A DNA stretch of 64,000 nt from Felis catus (GCF_018350175.1 NC_058368.1:46192001-46256000); one strand, 5' to 3'. Numbered from the stretch's first letter, positions 13,020 through 25,370 are shown. The notes: a model not told the origin generated them from the letters alone. Numbers and translations: made by a program.

Positions 13020-16000
13020 CTTCGGGCCAAGATGGAATAATAGGAATTGGATTTACCCTTCAGCCCCAAATGACTAGATAACAGACAAAATATATGCAAG
13101 AAAGTTTTGAAGACACTGGCCATCTGGCAATAAGACAGTGATCTCTAAGAGACAGAAAATAAATAAGAGAATCCTTAACTTACTATATGGAGAGAGATTG
13201 CAGTATGAGGCCCAAGGAGAAAAAACTGGCACAGCCTGTAGGACTTTGAGACTTAGAAGAGGGAGTTCAGAGTGTAGGGAGAACAAGGTGACCTGAGTTC
13301 ACAGAACAGAGTACTAGCAAAGGAAGAGCTGCACAGAGAGAGAATTTAGAATACATATAGAGGAGTTCTTTTGAGGGTTCAGTAAATCTTGATCAACACC
13401 TATGTGAGAGGATACTATGGAAGGTTGGCAAAGAAACACCCACAAGAATAAGAGGGAATAGTATCTGAGACTCACCAGGTTGGGAATAGTGCCTATTACC
13501 AACAGTAAGGCTCAGAAACCTATAATTCACATACTATTGGACAAGCACTCAAAGAGTCTTGCTTCAATAGTGGGAAATAATTAACCACTGAGTAAACACT
13601 ATTCTGACCCCACCTAGTAGAACTTAAATCAGGATCTGAAAGAATCAAACTATTTCTAAGTGACTTAATAGCTTCTGTGCAAGAAAGATTTAACATACCA
13701 GGCCTGACTGCTATCCTTTGAAAGGCGTGCATACAAGGTTGGCATTGGCTGGTATCTGTGAATTTGGGTTTAGGGACAGTTCTCACAATTAACTGATAAG
13801 AGCAACTTGCTGTGCCTAAACTGACTGAACAAATAATATGATTTATACCGAACATCCTCTCTCTTTCTGGCACTCTGAAATCTGTGTACTTGACAAACTG
13901 GGGGTGTTTCCCTGATTGGCAATATTTCATACGTGTCACAACTCATTGCTGGGGGCCTTAAATGCATCTTGTGTGATTCCACTCTGGAAAGATTCTCGGA
14001 AGCTTGGGCCTTATTTCCCTCAGACTTTGTCCCATGTGCTGGTATTCTTTGCTGATTTTTTAAAATACTTTCTTTATAGTAAATCAGTCTTGAAAGTATG
14101 ACTCTGTGCTGAGACCATGTGTTTTCCTAGATAATCCCTGAAACTTGGCCTGGTCTTATGGACCCCCAACACAGCATCTAAACAAAAAACTCAAGAATAC
14201 CCATAAGACTTTAAAGTATACAAAATCTAATAGGGTAAAATCTAAAGCGACTGCCAGATAATAATAAACTACTAGGCAAACAATAAAGCAGAAAAACTTA
14301 AGATATAAGGAAGAAAGAAAAAATCAATTAAAAATCACCCAGAACGGATAGATGTTATAATCAGAGGACAGGGAATTAAGACAATTACTGTAAGTGTATT
14401 GCATACACTAAAATATAATAAATATATTAAGACATGGAATATATTTATAAAAGACCAAAATAAATTTTCTGGAAAATGACACACAAATGTCGGAGATAAA
14501 ATATCACTGGATAGAATTAAGAGAAGATTAGAAATTACAGAAGAAAAAACATGAGCAGTAGGACTTTAAACAGTCAAAATATATGTACCCTGGAGTGCTT
14601 GGAAGAAAGAGAAAAGGTTAAAGAGAAAAACATAAGAAATAATGCCTCCAAAGTTTTCAAACCTAATGAAAACTATACACCAAAGGATCCAAGAATCTCA
14701 GCAAACTTCAAGCATAAGAAATATGAAGAAAACTACACAAAGGTATATTATCAAATTTCACACAACATGTAATAAAGGAAAAATCTTAATAGCATACAGA
14801 GGAAAAAGCTCCATTACAGAGGAATACATGTAAGAAATTCCACAGATTTCCTATCAGAAACAATGTAAATGAGGAGACAATGGAGCAACAAATCAAAGTA
14901 CATTAAAAAAAACTATCAATCCAGAATTTTATGTTTATGTAAATTTTCCTCAAAAATTGAAAGCAATAAAGGCTTTTGAGAAATTAAAAGTTGAATGAAT
15001 TCATCATCAAATTCTCACTAAAAGAAATGCTAAAAGAAGTTTTTTAGGTGGAAGAGAAATGATACCAGATAAGAAACATTTGCCAAAGGAATGAAGATAA
15101 TAGGAAATGGTAATGATTGAGAAAATATAAGACATTTTCTCATTACATTACTTTAAAATAAATTGACTCCTCTAACAAAAATAAGAACAATGCAGTATTG
15201 TGGTTTATAACATAAATAGTAATAAAATATATGGCAACAATGGCAAAAAGACCAATAAGTAAGGAATGGAACAATACTTTTGTAATATTTTGATATTTTA
15301 CATAAAATGTTATAATAACACTTTAAGTTAAATTTTAATAAGTTAAGATGTATAGCATAAGCCATAAATAATCAATAAAAAATAATTATAACCTAATATG
15401 TTAGGGAAAAGAGATAAAATTCTAAGACTACTAAATGAACAATGACAACAAAAAAGCATAAAAATTCACAATAACAAATGGACAAATGGAAAACAAGTAG
15501 CAATTTTAAATTTAAACCTAATCACATCAAAAATCCCACTAAATGTAAATAAACAAAGTAATCCAATCAAAAGACATAGAATGATCATAGGATATTAAAA
15601 AAAAAAAGAAAAAAGCAAGGCCCACTGCAGGTTGTTTGGAATATTTGTAAACTAAATTACACAATTATATGCAACCCATTGGTTAAAAAGAAATCAAAAG
15701 GTAAATTAGAAAGAAATTTTAACTGAATCAAAATGAGCCCACAAGATACATCACTAAGACAATACATGGGGTCAATTTATAGTCTCAAATCAGTGGACTC
15801 AGCTTTCACCCTAAAAAATTAGAAAAAGGTTAGCTAAAAGTAAGCAGAAGAAACAAAAATAAATACCAATTAGCAAATTTATTGACTTCATTATCACATC
15901 ATTTCCTTTACTAAAATGTTTAAATCTGATTTTCAGGTAACACGTGTGAAACCTAAAACTTCCCTAAAACAGTGTATTAGAAAAAGCAAAAAACAAAAAA

Positions 16001-16230
16001 CACACCTATAAAATTGCATATACTTGATTACAGCAATTCCATTATTGGTCATTCATGCTATGGAAATGATCTTAATGGATTAAACTATTGTACAAAAATG
16101 TTTACTACCACAATATTTATAATAGCAAAACTTGGAAACTATCTGACTATCCATATAATGGGAGAACGATTAAATATTCTTTGTGTATCAACTCAATAGG
16201 ATGTGATGCAGCCTTTACAAATCATGATTG
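13020..16230 (+). mobile_element. Ancient L1 (L1M-type) remnant: 5' region, decayed ORF1 and 3' pieces
   Basis: A-rich. ORF1-like translation at 14642-14833 (KFSNLMKTIHQRIQESQQTSSIRNMKKTTQRYIIKF...KGKILIA), with multiple stops and frameshifts. Confidence 0.8.
13676..14173 (+). mobile_element. MER21-like solo LTR nested in the L1
   Basis: TG...CA ends (tgtgcaag...ggtcttatggacccccaacaca) and a near-perfect 5-bp TSD gcttc/gcatc. Confidence 0.75.
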
Positions 16231-16276
16231 GAAAGTCTGATAGTTGGAATTCTTATTAATAATCATAATCACAACT

Positions 16277-16479
16277 ATTTCCCCTTCCCTTTCCCCATGG
16301 ACAGAGAGGGAGGGAGGCAAAGCACAAGAGACTCTTAAATACAAAGAACAAACTGAGAGTGGATGGGGGTGGGGGGAGAGGGGAAAATGGATGATGGGCA
16401 TTGAGGAGGGCGCTTGGTGGGATGAGCACTGGGTGTATGTAAGCCAATTTGACAATAAATTACATTAAATTTTTTTTTA
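16277..16479 (+). mobile_element. Carnivore/felid L1 3' end with short 5' inversion
   Basis: gagactcttaaatacaaagaacaaactgag...gatgagcactgggtg...caataaat, with TSD aataatcataat(c/t)acaa(c/t)ta. Confidence 0.85.
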
Positions 16480-17017
16480 AATAATCATAATTACAATTAG
16501 TTCAACATAGCACTAGAAAAAGAATGATCACAAAGACTTCGAATATCCTATCTTTTCCATCTAACCACCACAACTTTGCCCATGCACATGCCATAGCTTG
16601 CCATAAATGAAACAACATACAAACACAACAGAATGTGAATATACAGATACTGGTAAGCATTGAAAGTGAAAAGCCACATGGTGAGATTTAGGATTTTCTT
16701 CTGAATGTGTAAATTCCTATTGTTTTTTGGACAATAATTTCACTTTAAATGAAGAACAGTACTACACTTTTCCCAATTCATCAGGGGTTTAAGAGACTTG
16801 AATGATCACCCTTGAGCAGTCATCATGGCAGTACCTACACTATAGCAGAAAAATCTGAGAACTGAGGTATTTATCCATTGATAATTCAACATCCTGACCA
16901 TCCCTTCTCAACCTTCCCAATAATCACTGTATAAAAATCATATAGATAATTGAAACAGATTTTTCCCTTCAATAATCGTTTCAACTCTCAGCTCACTTTG
17001 CTGTTTAAAATCTGTTT

Positions 17018-17182
17018 CAGTAATGTTCCTTCAACTTTAATTACATATGAACCACCTGGGGATCTTGTTAGAAGGCAGACTTTGGTTTGGTAGATTAGGA
17101 TGGGGCCTGAGAGTCTTCATTTATAACGAGTTCCCAGGTGATGCCAATGCTGCTGGTCCAAAGACCATACCTGAGTGACAAA
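17018..17182. mobile_element. MER5A-like hAT-Charlie MITE
   Basis: accacctggggatcttgtta...ggggcctgagagt...ttcccaggtgatgccaatgctgctggtcca. Confidence 0.8.
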
Positions 17183-18475
17183 TCACTCGGGACTTGAGTA
17201 ATTTACTTATCTGGCAACTCTTGATCATTCATATACTCATATATGTGTGTAAACGGACACACAAATATTTTAATTGTTACGTCAGTTTTAACCATCACCA
17301 TCAAGGAAGTTTTGGAAAGCTACCTACTGCTTCTAAATTCTTTCTAAATGAAGGAAAGAAAGGTGGGGTGGGGGGAGAGAAAAAAGAGACAGACAATGAA
17401 AAAAGAAGGAAGGAAAGAAGAGAGAAAAAGGGAGAGAGGGAAAGAGAAAAACTGTTGAGTTAGTTGATGCTTGAAGGAAGCTTAAGTTGAACAATGATAA
17501 AAACAAAATCTGGTTGCAAGTGCTTATAAAGCATCAATAAACTCCAGTAACTCTTGCTGATGGAAAAAAAAATACATGTTCATTTCTCAAATTACGAAAC
17601 TCTGAAAAGAAATAAAGGAGAAAGTAAATCCTTGTAATACAATCAATAAGACATAACATTTGCATATACATGTATATATTATGTTAAATAAATGTCTTTT
17701 AATATGAAAAGATCCATATTAACACTGTATATCATTGGTTATTTTTGTAGAATTGCAATCAACATACCATATTTGTATCTTTGCCTTTTACTTTTATAAC
17801 AGCATATATGTTCCCTGAGGTCCAAGACTGTGCCTTTGATGTTTTATATTATTCTAACAGTGCCAATTAACATTGTGAAGCATTTATTGTATTCTAGAAA
17901 TTACACTAAGAACTTTGCAGATATTATTACAGATATTATATCATGAATATCCTTATAACAAGAATAAGTAAAAACTACTGTTAATTGATTACGAATACAA
18001 ATCGTATTTCAGGAGTCTGAAAATTAAGTTTTAAGTAGGGGGTTTTCATTTCTGGTAACATCAGTTTGATACACTGAACGCAACCCAAAAATTCTGGATT
18101 AAATATTTAAAAAACATGGAGGTGCCATTCCGAGGCCAGAAAAAGAGAAGCGCAACAGCAATGTAGGCACCAGCAAAAGGACTTTAGCTTAAGCCATCTG
18201 TAAATCCATGGCGATGGAGCTTCAGTTTAAATGGTCATGATTATGGGGCACAGAAAATAAAGTCAGACTGGAGAATTTCACATGAAGCTAGGACTCAAAA
18301 CGGCTATACCTGGCTATACTTTTTTTTTTCCCCCAGTCACATTCACCAATTTATTTATTCACATTCTCTACTCCCAGCAAAGGGGCAGAGAACTGAAATA
18401 ATCATACAGCTTAGTTCAACGTTCATTATTCTTTTTGGTTTTTGTTTGTTATTTGCGGGGGGGGGTGCGAGGTTA

Positions 18476-18559
18476 TTTTTTTTAATTCTAGTTAGTTAAT
18501 ATATAGTGTAATATTGGTTTCAAGAGTAGAATTTAGTGATTCATCACTTACATATAACA
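18476..18559 (-). mobile_element. Carnivore L1 extreme 3' end
   Basis: ttttaattctagttagttaatatatagtgtaatattggtttcaagagtagaatttagtgattcatcacttacatataaca. Confidence 0.75.
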
Positions 18560-18594
18560 TAGCATTTATATTATATATATATTTATTTATTAGG

Positions 18595-18830
18595 GGCATT
18601 ATTGAAGAGATAATGGCTTGGAATATTCTAAATTAATGAAACACACCTCCTCAACTATTTCATAGGCTGGTTAGTTCCCAAACATAATAAAAATAAGTCC
18701 ATACTTATACACATTGTATTCACGCTGCAAAGCATCAGAGACAGGTTAAAGGTATTAAAAGCATCCAGAGAGATAGACAAAATGTCTACCAAAAAAAAAA
18801 AAAAAAAAGATTTAAACTACCTTTCCATGA
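18595..18830 (+). mobile_element. Old L1 ORF1 fragment
   Basis: attgaagagataatggcttggaatattctaaattaatgaaa...gtattaaaagcatccagagaga resembles the L1 ORF1 motifs EEIMxxNFxxLMK and ILKAxRE. Confidence 0.6.
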
Positions 18831-18974
18831 TAGAAGTCAGTGGAACCTACAAATTGCTAATACAAAATTACTAGGCAAAACTATTCTTCCCCCCAACCCC
18901 AAGAAGACGGTCAAATAAAGATATTTTAAAGCTACCAAAAAGTAAATGCTGATTCCCAGTCGAGAATTCCCTGG

Positions 18975-19368
18975 TGAAATCTGGAACTGGTCTTGCCCCG
19001 GAAAGTGGGTTAGGAGAGATGGAACACAGAAGCTGGCCTCCCCAGACCGGTCGGCAGCGGTTTTAACAAGCAAGTGAACTTACTTTAGGAGGCTTATCTC
19101 GCCCAGCAGCAAGATGAGTAGATCTCTGAACCTGCCGGCCAACATCCTAAAAGTTTATCTGGAGGCCTAAAGGTTTTCTCCAGCATGGCACCCTCCTGGT
19201 CACAACACTCTGGTCTCTCAAGGCTGCGTCTCGGAGAATCGCCCCCCTCGCATAGCGGTGGGCGGAGCATGCTCTCCAAAGGCAGGGAACGAACGAGGAG
19301 CTTGCGCTTGCCTGGAACCGGGCGGGTCAACTGGAGGTCGTGCTCTCTCTGGGTGACCTCCTCCAACA
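18975..19368 (-). mobile_element. 3' LTR of the ERV remnant (CpG-rich)
   Basis: The minus strand begins tgttggagg right after a degenerate PPT (gtggctggag) following env. It has TATA-like gataaa, poly(A)-like gttaaa, and ends ...ccagatttca. Confidence 0.7.
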
Positions 19369-19445
19369 CTCCAGCCACGGCGACCGACTGGCGGTTACAA
19401 TCTTACACACCCCGATATGCCCTGAGCAGTCAGTAAGGGGCTTTA

Positions 19446-20040
19446 TTAGCACGGAGGTGGCTCGTTGGGCGCTATCTGCCTGCATTGGAGGCGGCTGCAA
19501 CCGCCGTAATAGAAATACATGCCAGAGAAAACACAGATTGAGACAATGAGTAACAACTTTCCCACTAAGAACCCTAGGATCTGCATCACTGATTTAGTAG
19601 GTTTCCTACCTAGGCTTGGGGTTGGGGCATTCAGGGCATTTACTTGTGTCCTCATGCAATTTAGTAAAGATGATACATTCGACTCATCGGGTGTGAACAC
19701 ACCGCATTCTGTTTGGATAACAGCACAGGTTACTTCTTGCGACGCCTGGTCATTATTAACGAGGGCTGATGTATTTTGGAGGACAGCTGTTTTCATCACA
19801 GACATTTCGGGGTTTAGTAAGGACAGGCTCTGTTGGCTGTCATTTATGTTTTGCTGGGTGAATTGTGGGTGCTATAATATCCCCCAGGCCAATAGAGGGA
19901 AAAGAGATCGTGGCCAAATTAGTGTATCAGTGGGAAACAGAGTGTAGCATCCTGATCTTGAAGAGAGGGAGGCTGGCAGCTTTAGGGATTTGACCTGGGT
20001 GTGCACAGCATAAATGTAGGCCAGGGCAGGCAGTGCTGTC
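19446..20040 (-). pseudogene. ERV env remnant (gamma-type TM, SU mostly deleted)
   Basis: ...SVSH*Y...FPSIGLGDII / FTQQNINDSQQSLSLLNPEMSVMKTAVLQNTSALV...TCAVIQTECGVFTPDES...KLLLIVSICVFSGM: heptad repeat, decayed ISD (LQNRxALD), decayed CX6CC and a hydrophobic anchor. A stop and a frameshift lie upstream. Confidence 0.85.
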
Positions 20041-20322
20041 AGGCCTGAGGAGACGGATTACACGTGGGATACGCCAGACCAGGACCCCCGTCTTCTCCCG
20101 TCTTTCAATGGTGCGTGTTTCTTTTCAGTTCTAGTGTATTTCAACAGGCCTGGCTTGCGGCAGGACAATAGGATCCCAGGAGAGATTAAGTAGTCCCCCC
20201 TCACCCAGGGGTTTGAAGTAACTCACCCATCCCCACGGGACATTCCACCACAAATTCTGGTAGACAATTCTTCCCAGGCATGATGAGACTTGGTATTCTC
20301 AGCAGCACAGTGCCTTGGTCCA

Positions 20323-20937
20323 TGTTACCATGGGGTCATGGCTGTTTCCTATGACTTGCAGACCTTTACATGTTGGGTGCCTCATCAGGGTTCCCCAATC
20401 TCTCCTATGGGGTAACAAGTCCTACTGGTTGATCATTCAAGTTGAGAACATAAGACCCCAAGAATTAGACAGCAGTAGCTGACAGACAAGATGGGTTCCC
20501 TCATGTCAAGGGTGAGAAACTAAAATTTTGATCAGATCAAATGAGCTTGAGGAACAAAAACCAGTCAGCACAGCCTGGGGTGACAAACCTGCATAGAACT
20601 CAGCAAAATTCACACAAAGACCCCTGCAACACATCCTGTCATGCTCTTCAGTGGCTGCCACATCATGAAACTGCTACCACAAGGGGTGAGCTGCATCCTG
20701 CTTGCCACTCTGATCCTAAAGCTTGCAGTTTGGGACTTGAGTCTGACCAATGTCCATAAAGGGCCCAGAATTTGCAGGACTTGCCTATTTAACCCCGACC
20801 TTAAAACTTCCCCTTTGGAGAGTTCTTTCAGTTTGTAGCCAAAAGTCGGGTCTCCCCAGTTTGCAAACTACATGGCAATAAAACTTTTCCTTGCCTCTGA
20901 CTAAATCCTTGCATTCGTGATTTTTTTTTGGTTGGCA
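20323..20937 (+). mobile_element. Second, unrelated LTR inserted antisense into the ERV pol (start 20323 or 20371)
   Basis: TG start, tatttaa at 20786, AATAAA at 20877-20882 and ...ttggca end. It interrupts the integrase reading frame; no TSD found. Confidence 0.6.
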
Positions 20938-22050
20938 AAATGTATTAAAACCTAGGATAGTACCTCAGTCCACCTAGCCAAGATGGTTTTACTTGTTAGT
21001 AATTCAATCTGCTGCTTTAATATTCCATTCTTCCTTTCTACCAACCCTGCTTCTTTTGGGTTATGAGGGATATAGACCTTCCATTCAGTGTCATGTTCTT
21101 TTGCTCAATCTTGCACATCAGAACCTTTAAAGTGTGACTCAGTCAATGTCTATTCGACAAAGGTATTCACACATGGTGCTCAGTTTCTCTAATCCCCTAC
21201 TGGTGACAGCCTGGCTTGCGAGGCAACAAGGGAAACCTTCTGTTAGGCCAGATGTGGTGTCCACAAAAAACAAGGCATAGTTTTGAACCATCACTTGAAG
21301 TGAGGGGGCCAATATAATCAAGTTGCCAATCCCTCACCAGTTGGGCATTCTGGTGGATGGCCCTTGACTCCTTTAGGAGTTGCCTTGGGTGTTTAGAACA
21401 TACATGGGCATGCTGCTAAGGCATTAAACAAATCCCTGTATTTCAAGGGCACTCTGACATCCTCGACAATACCCCATCCCACACGAGTGCTGTGGTGACC
21501 ACTTTTCTATGCATCCAATCTGTTATATCTACGGAGGGGTCACTTGCTAGGTAGGGCTCGTACCCAGGCTAGAGTGTCAGCTTCTTGGTCAGCAAGGAGC
21601 AATAGCACTTTTCGAGCTGAGATGTGGAAAACAGAACTGCCTCAGGCTCTTGCAGATGAAGCCAAATGTCTTTCCATATATCCCGACTGAACAAGGGCTA
21701 ATTCATGGTCATTCACTCCTCGACTTCCCATTGTCCAAAGCCATAGTCCTAATCTCTTGAGAGCAGCTCGACTGAGGGTGCAAAGGGTTAATGGCCAGGG
21801 TTCATGAGTGATCACCAGCCAAACTATTCAGAGTTCAGCCCCCTGTCTGCTGTGGTTCGTTCCTGTTTCCATCCAGATGGTGTCAGTGTTGGGCTGAATA
21901 GTGATTACAATCCTTGTGGATGGGTTGCCCCAATTACACCCATCTGTAGGCATCAGCGGAAATTTCCCCCACTTCCTCTCGTTAGGCCACAGGAACCCCA
22001 GAGGTAGGAGCATTTGGAGAATCCATATACTCTACAGGGCCTAGTAGCAC
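20938..22050 (-). pseudogene. ERV pol remnant (RNase H + integrase), class III-like
   Basis: RNase H: TDGCNWGNPST...IQPNTDTIWMETG...RQGAEL. Integrase: DWQLDYIGPL, VDTTSGL, IDID*.SHF, AGLVERKNGILKQ. Contains stops and frameshifts. Confidence 0.88.
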
Positions 22051-22059
22051 CCGCAATTC

Positions 22060-22131
22060 TGTGTGTGTGTGTGTGTGTGTGTGCGCACATGTGTATGCTA
22101 CTGGTGATGTTTCTCTGGAAAACCCTGGACA
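22060..22131 (+). mobile_element. (TG)n plus MLT2-like LTR 3' terminus
   Basis: tgtg... followed by ctactggtgatgtttctctggaaaaccctg. Confidence 0.55.
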
Positions 22132-22480
22132 GAGGTAGTGGGAGACATTAGCGGTGGTAGCTATGAAAAGATAGCATGAGGGATCCTTGTGATTAAAGTA
22201 TTCTGTATCTTAACTGTGGTAATGTTCTATACTTGTGATAAAATTGTATAGAATTACACACATGCACACACAAATGACTGTACGTAAATCTGGTTAAATC
22301 TGAATAAAGTTGATAGATGATATTGTCTATTTCCTGGTTTTGATACTATACTCTCTTCATGAAAATATTATCCTTAGGGAAAATGGGTGACGAGTACATG
22401 GGATGTCTCTTTGCTATTTTTTATAACTGCATTTAGGCTATAATTGTCTCCAAAAATTTTTAAAGTAATTTTTCAAAAAA
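22132..22480 (+). mobile_element. Old L1 (L1MC/ME-like) 3'UTR
   Basis: gcatgagggatccttgtg...ttctgtatcttaactgtggt...aaatctgaataaag...gggtga...tacatgggatgtctct. Confidence 0.7.
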
Positions 22481-23989
22481 ATATATAAAATGGATGATAC
22501 CATGTCCCAGGGTAAGATGCAAAGTTATTATGAGAAATTGCAAAGCTCTTTGAAATCTAATTCTGTTACCTCAGCTGTCCATCCATCTCCAGATTACAAA
22601 ACAGGTTTAAGTTATGGGGTAAAAAATTGATGTAAGAAGATAGCTGTTGGTGAGGGCTGTGGATTATTTCAGGTCCAAGATTCTCCCAAGTCACCCAAGA
22701 GAGATGACATGTGTCTGTCTCTCATCTGAAGTCTAGGAAAGAAACTACAGTGGGACCACTCAGAGGACCTGATATTTGTCCATTAACGGTTATTGGACAC
22801 AAAGGGCCAGTGTCTATCTCAGGCTTGAATTTCACATGGTAGGAATGTGTGTTTGGCTTACTGCTCTGACAAAGGTACAGAGAGAGCTTGCTGCTTTCAG
22901 GGCACTGTTCCAACATTCCTGGAGTTGTTTGGGGAAAAAGAATACCTAGGTGTTTACTATGAACAAAAGATGCAAGAATGAGCAGAAGATAGCTGGGCCT
23001 AACACTGAAAACTCAGTAGTTAAAGGACTCCTGGCTTGCCCAAATACATGTGCGTTTGGCTGCATCAAGGAAAATGCAGGAAAATCCCTAGGGATGGGGC
23101 CGTGTCCCTTAAACTCTCAGATAGTGGTAAATACTTGTCAAATCTAGATGCTAAAATATCTTTCATTTTAGACTGTTAAGAACTTTGTACATCCTTCCCC
23201 ATGCCCCTGACCTTCCTTCCTTAAAAATACTTCGTGCTTTTAAATCATTTGCCTGTTTACTCTTTGATCAGATTCTCCATTCTTGCTCAGTTCTGTTCTA
23301 AATTGCAGAAAACTCCATTCCCCAAGAACTTGCCCGTCTTCATATGGGCCCTGGTATCTAATGATTGTTGTTTCACAGTGGCTATTGGTGGGAAAAGAAA
23401 ATCACACATAAAGCAGAAAGTAAAAAGCACCAATATCTATTAATGGAAGGAGCTAAAAACCATTCACCATACATAAATCCAGGCATATGACAGCCCAATA
23501 GATTTAAATGAAAGATCCAGCTCAATGTGAGCCACTTTTTCTTTGTAAATGTAATAAGGTGAGTTAGTAAGAAAAGGACTGACTAGTATCAACATCTCCT
23601 CCTCCCAGCTCCCACACTTGGGATAGAAGCCAACAATACTATTTAAAACAAATAAATTTTAGTAATTTCTAATAAGTCCGGTCTTTGTTTTTAGAAATAT
23701 CACATTGAAATACATTCTTGGATGTGGATACATGCAATAAATAGAAAGTAGAGATGCATAGCACTGGAGATGTATCAATCAACTTATCTTTATCTGTTGC
23801 CTAATGTAGTAGACAACACTCACAATTAGCATTGTTGAAAGAGCAGCCAAGAACTGGAGACAGGGTTCAAAACAAGTAACAAGATAGCTTAAGACACTGG
23901 ATGAATTATCAAAAAATATTTACTGTCTTTCTGGGAGCTAACTTTACTTACAGTATTGGATTCCATTTTGGTTTGTCTACTGTGTTTTT

Positions 23990-24225
23990 TGTTTTTGTTT
24001 TTGTTTTTTTAATTTTCCTTAATGTTTATTCATTTTTGAGAAACAGGGAGAGACAGAGGGTGAGTGGGGGCAGGGCAGAGAGAGAGGGAGACATAGAATC
24101 CAAAGCAGGCTCCAGGCTCTGAGCTGTCAGCACAGAGCCCAATGTGGGGCTCAAACCCACGAACTGTGAGATAATAACCTGAGCCAACGTCGGATGCTTA
24201 ACCGAATGAGCCACCCAGGAGTACC
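23990..24225 (-). mobile_element. CanSINE (SINEC_Fc)
   Basis: aatgtttattcatttttgag...gcaggctccaggctctgagctgtcagcacagagc...gagccacccagg. Confidence 0.92.
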
Positions 24226-24852
24226 ATATCTATCATGTCTTTTTAAAACATGATACACGTTACATCCTCTCACACACTATACACTTCCCCAGCTACAATG
24301 TAATTGTCTTAAATATTTTCTTTTCCTACATCTAGAATCACACCAAAGTGTGTTACGATTTTTGCTTCCACAGACGTGGAGGTCCTGCAAAGAGAAGGGG
24401 TTAGAGCTGTTTCTTGAAGGCTGGATCTCAGGCATGAAAACCTGAGCATTTTCTCCAAATGGCATGGACTGAGGAGAATGTCTGGACTGAGGACATTCAG
24501 ATGGAGGAAGCCTCAATAGTAATTGAAATAGAATTTTTACTTCACTGTGCAGCTTTGTGGTCAGATTAATCGATAATTTTATTTAGGAAAAAAGTGTGAC
24601 TTCTATTGTACCTTACTGGGATTGCAAATTCATATGCAGAATTAAGTTCATAATGCTAACACTACTTTTAAAAATATGTGTTAAATACTTTACAGATTTT
24701 ATGTAATTTGAATGATTTCATAGAACTTTTGGTTGGCTCCTGTAGCGTCTGTATAGCTTATAATGCCGTCCACCCATCCCCAACTATGTCCCTGTCCCCA
24801 AAGAAGGCTTACTAGTCATTTTCTATACTGTGATATTTACCACCCTCTCAGA

Positions 24853-25005
24853 CAGTGGTTCTCAACCTTAGGAACTTAAAAATACTGAATCACCCGAGGA
24901 ACTTAAAACTACTGATGTCTTAGCACCAACCCACAGAGATTCAAACTTAATTAGACAAAGTATTTCTAAAATTCCCTAGGTGCATCTAATGTACTGCCAA
25001 GATAC
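24853..25005. mobile_element. MER5-like hAT MITE
   Basis: cagtggttctcaacctt...gaatcacc...tactgatg...cacagagattc...ctaggtg. Confidence 0.7.
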
Positions 25006-25370
25006 CTTACTTGCATGTGCTCTGACTTGAGGCAATCAAAATTCTCAGGGAATCTGACTTAGGATAAGAGAAAAGTGTTGGCTCACTTCGGTGGGTTAGG
25101 TGTTATGCTCCTGAATAACAGGAGGAGTCAAGAAGTGAACAAGAGAAACAAAATATGTCCGCAATGAGAAGAAGAAGAAAACAGTCACCAGGAGAAGCAC
25201 AGGGGTGAGAGTAGTAGAGGAACCCTGCAGGAATCAATTTTTGTTACTCCAACCAAAGGAGTCCTGATTCGATGGTTCAGTTCAAAACCTCCTGCTCATT
25301 AACCTATAAATACAAATGATGCTGCCACTACAAATGTCACTCATTGCCCAATGGACTCATTTGGCATTTA

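Noticed and set aside
13520..13939. 139-aa minus-strand ORF
   Set aside because: Spans an L1/LTR junction; chance open frame.
19446..19805. 119-aa env ORF as a functional captured envelope (syncytin-like)
   Set aside because: No signal peptide, SU largely deleted, furin site decayed (RMLH), upstream stop and frameshift, ISD and CX6CC mutated.
19519..19947. 142-aa plus-strand ORF
   Set aside because: Antisense shadow of the env remnant; no recognisable protein.
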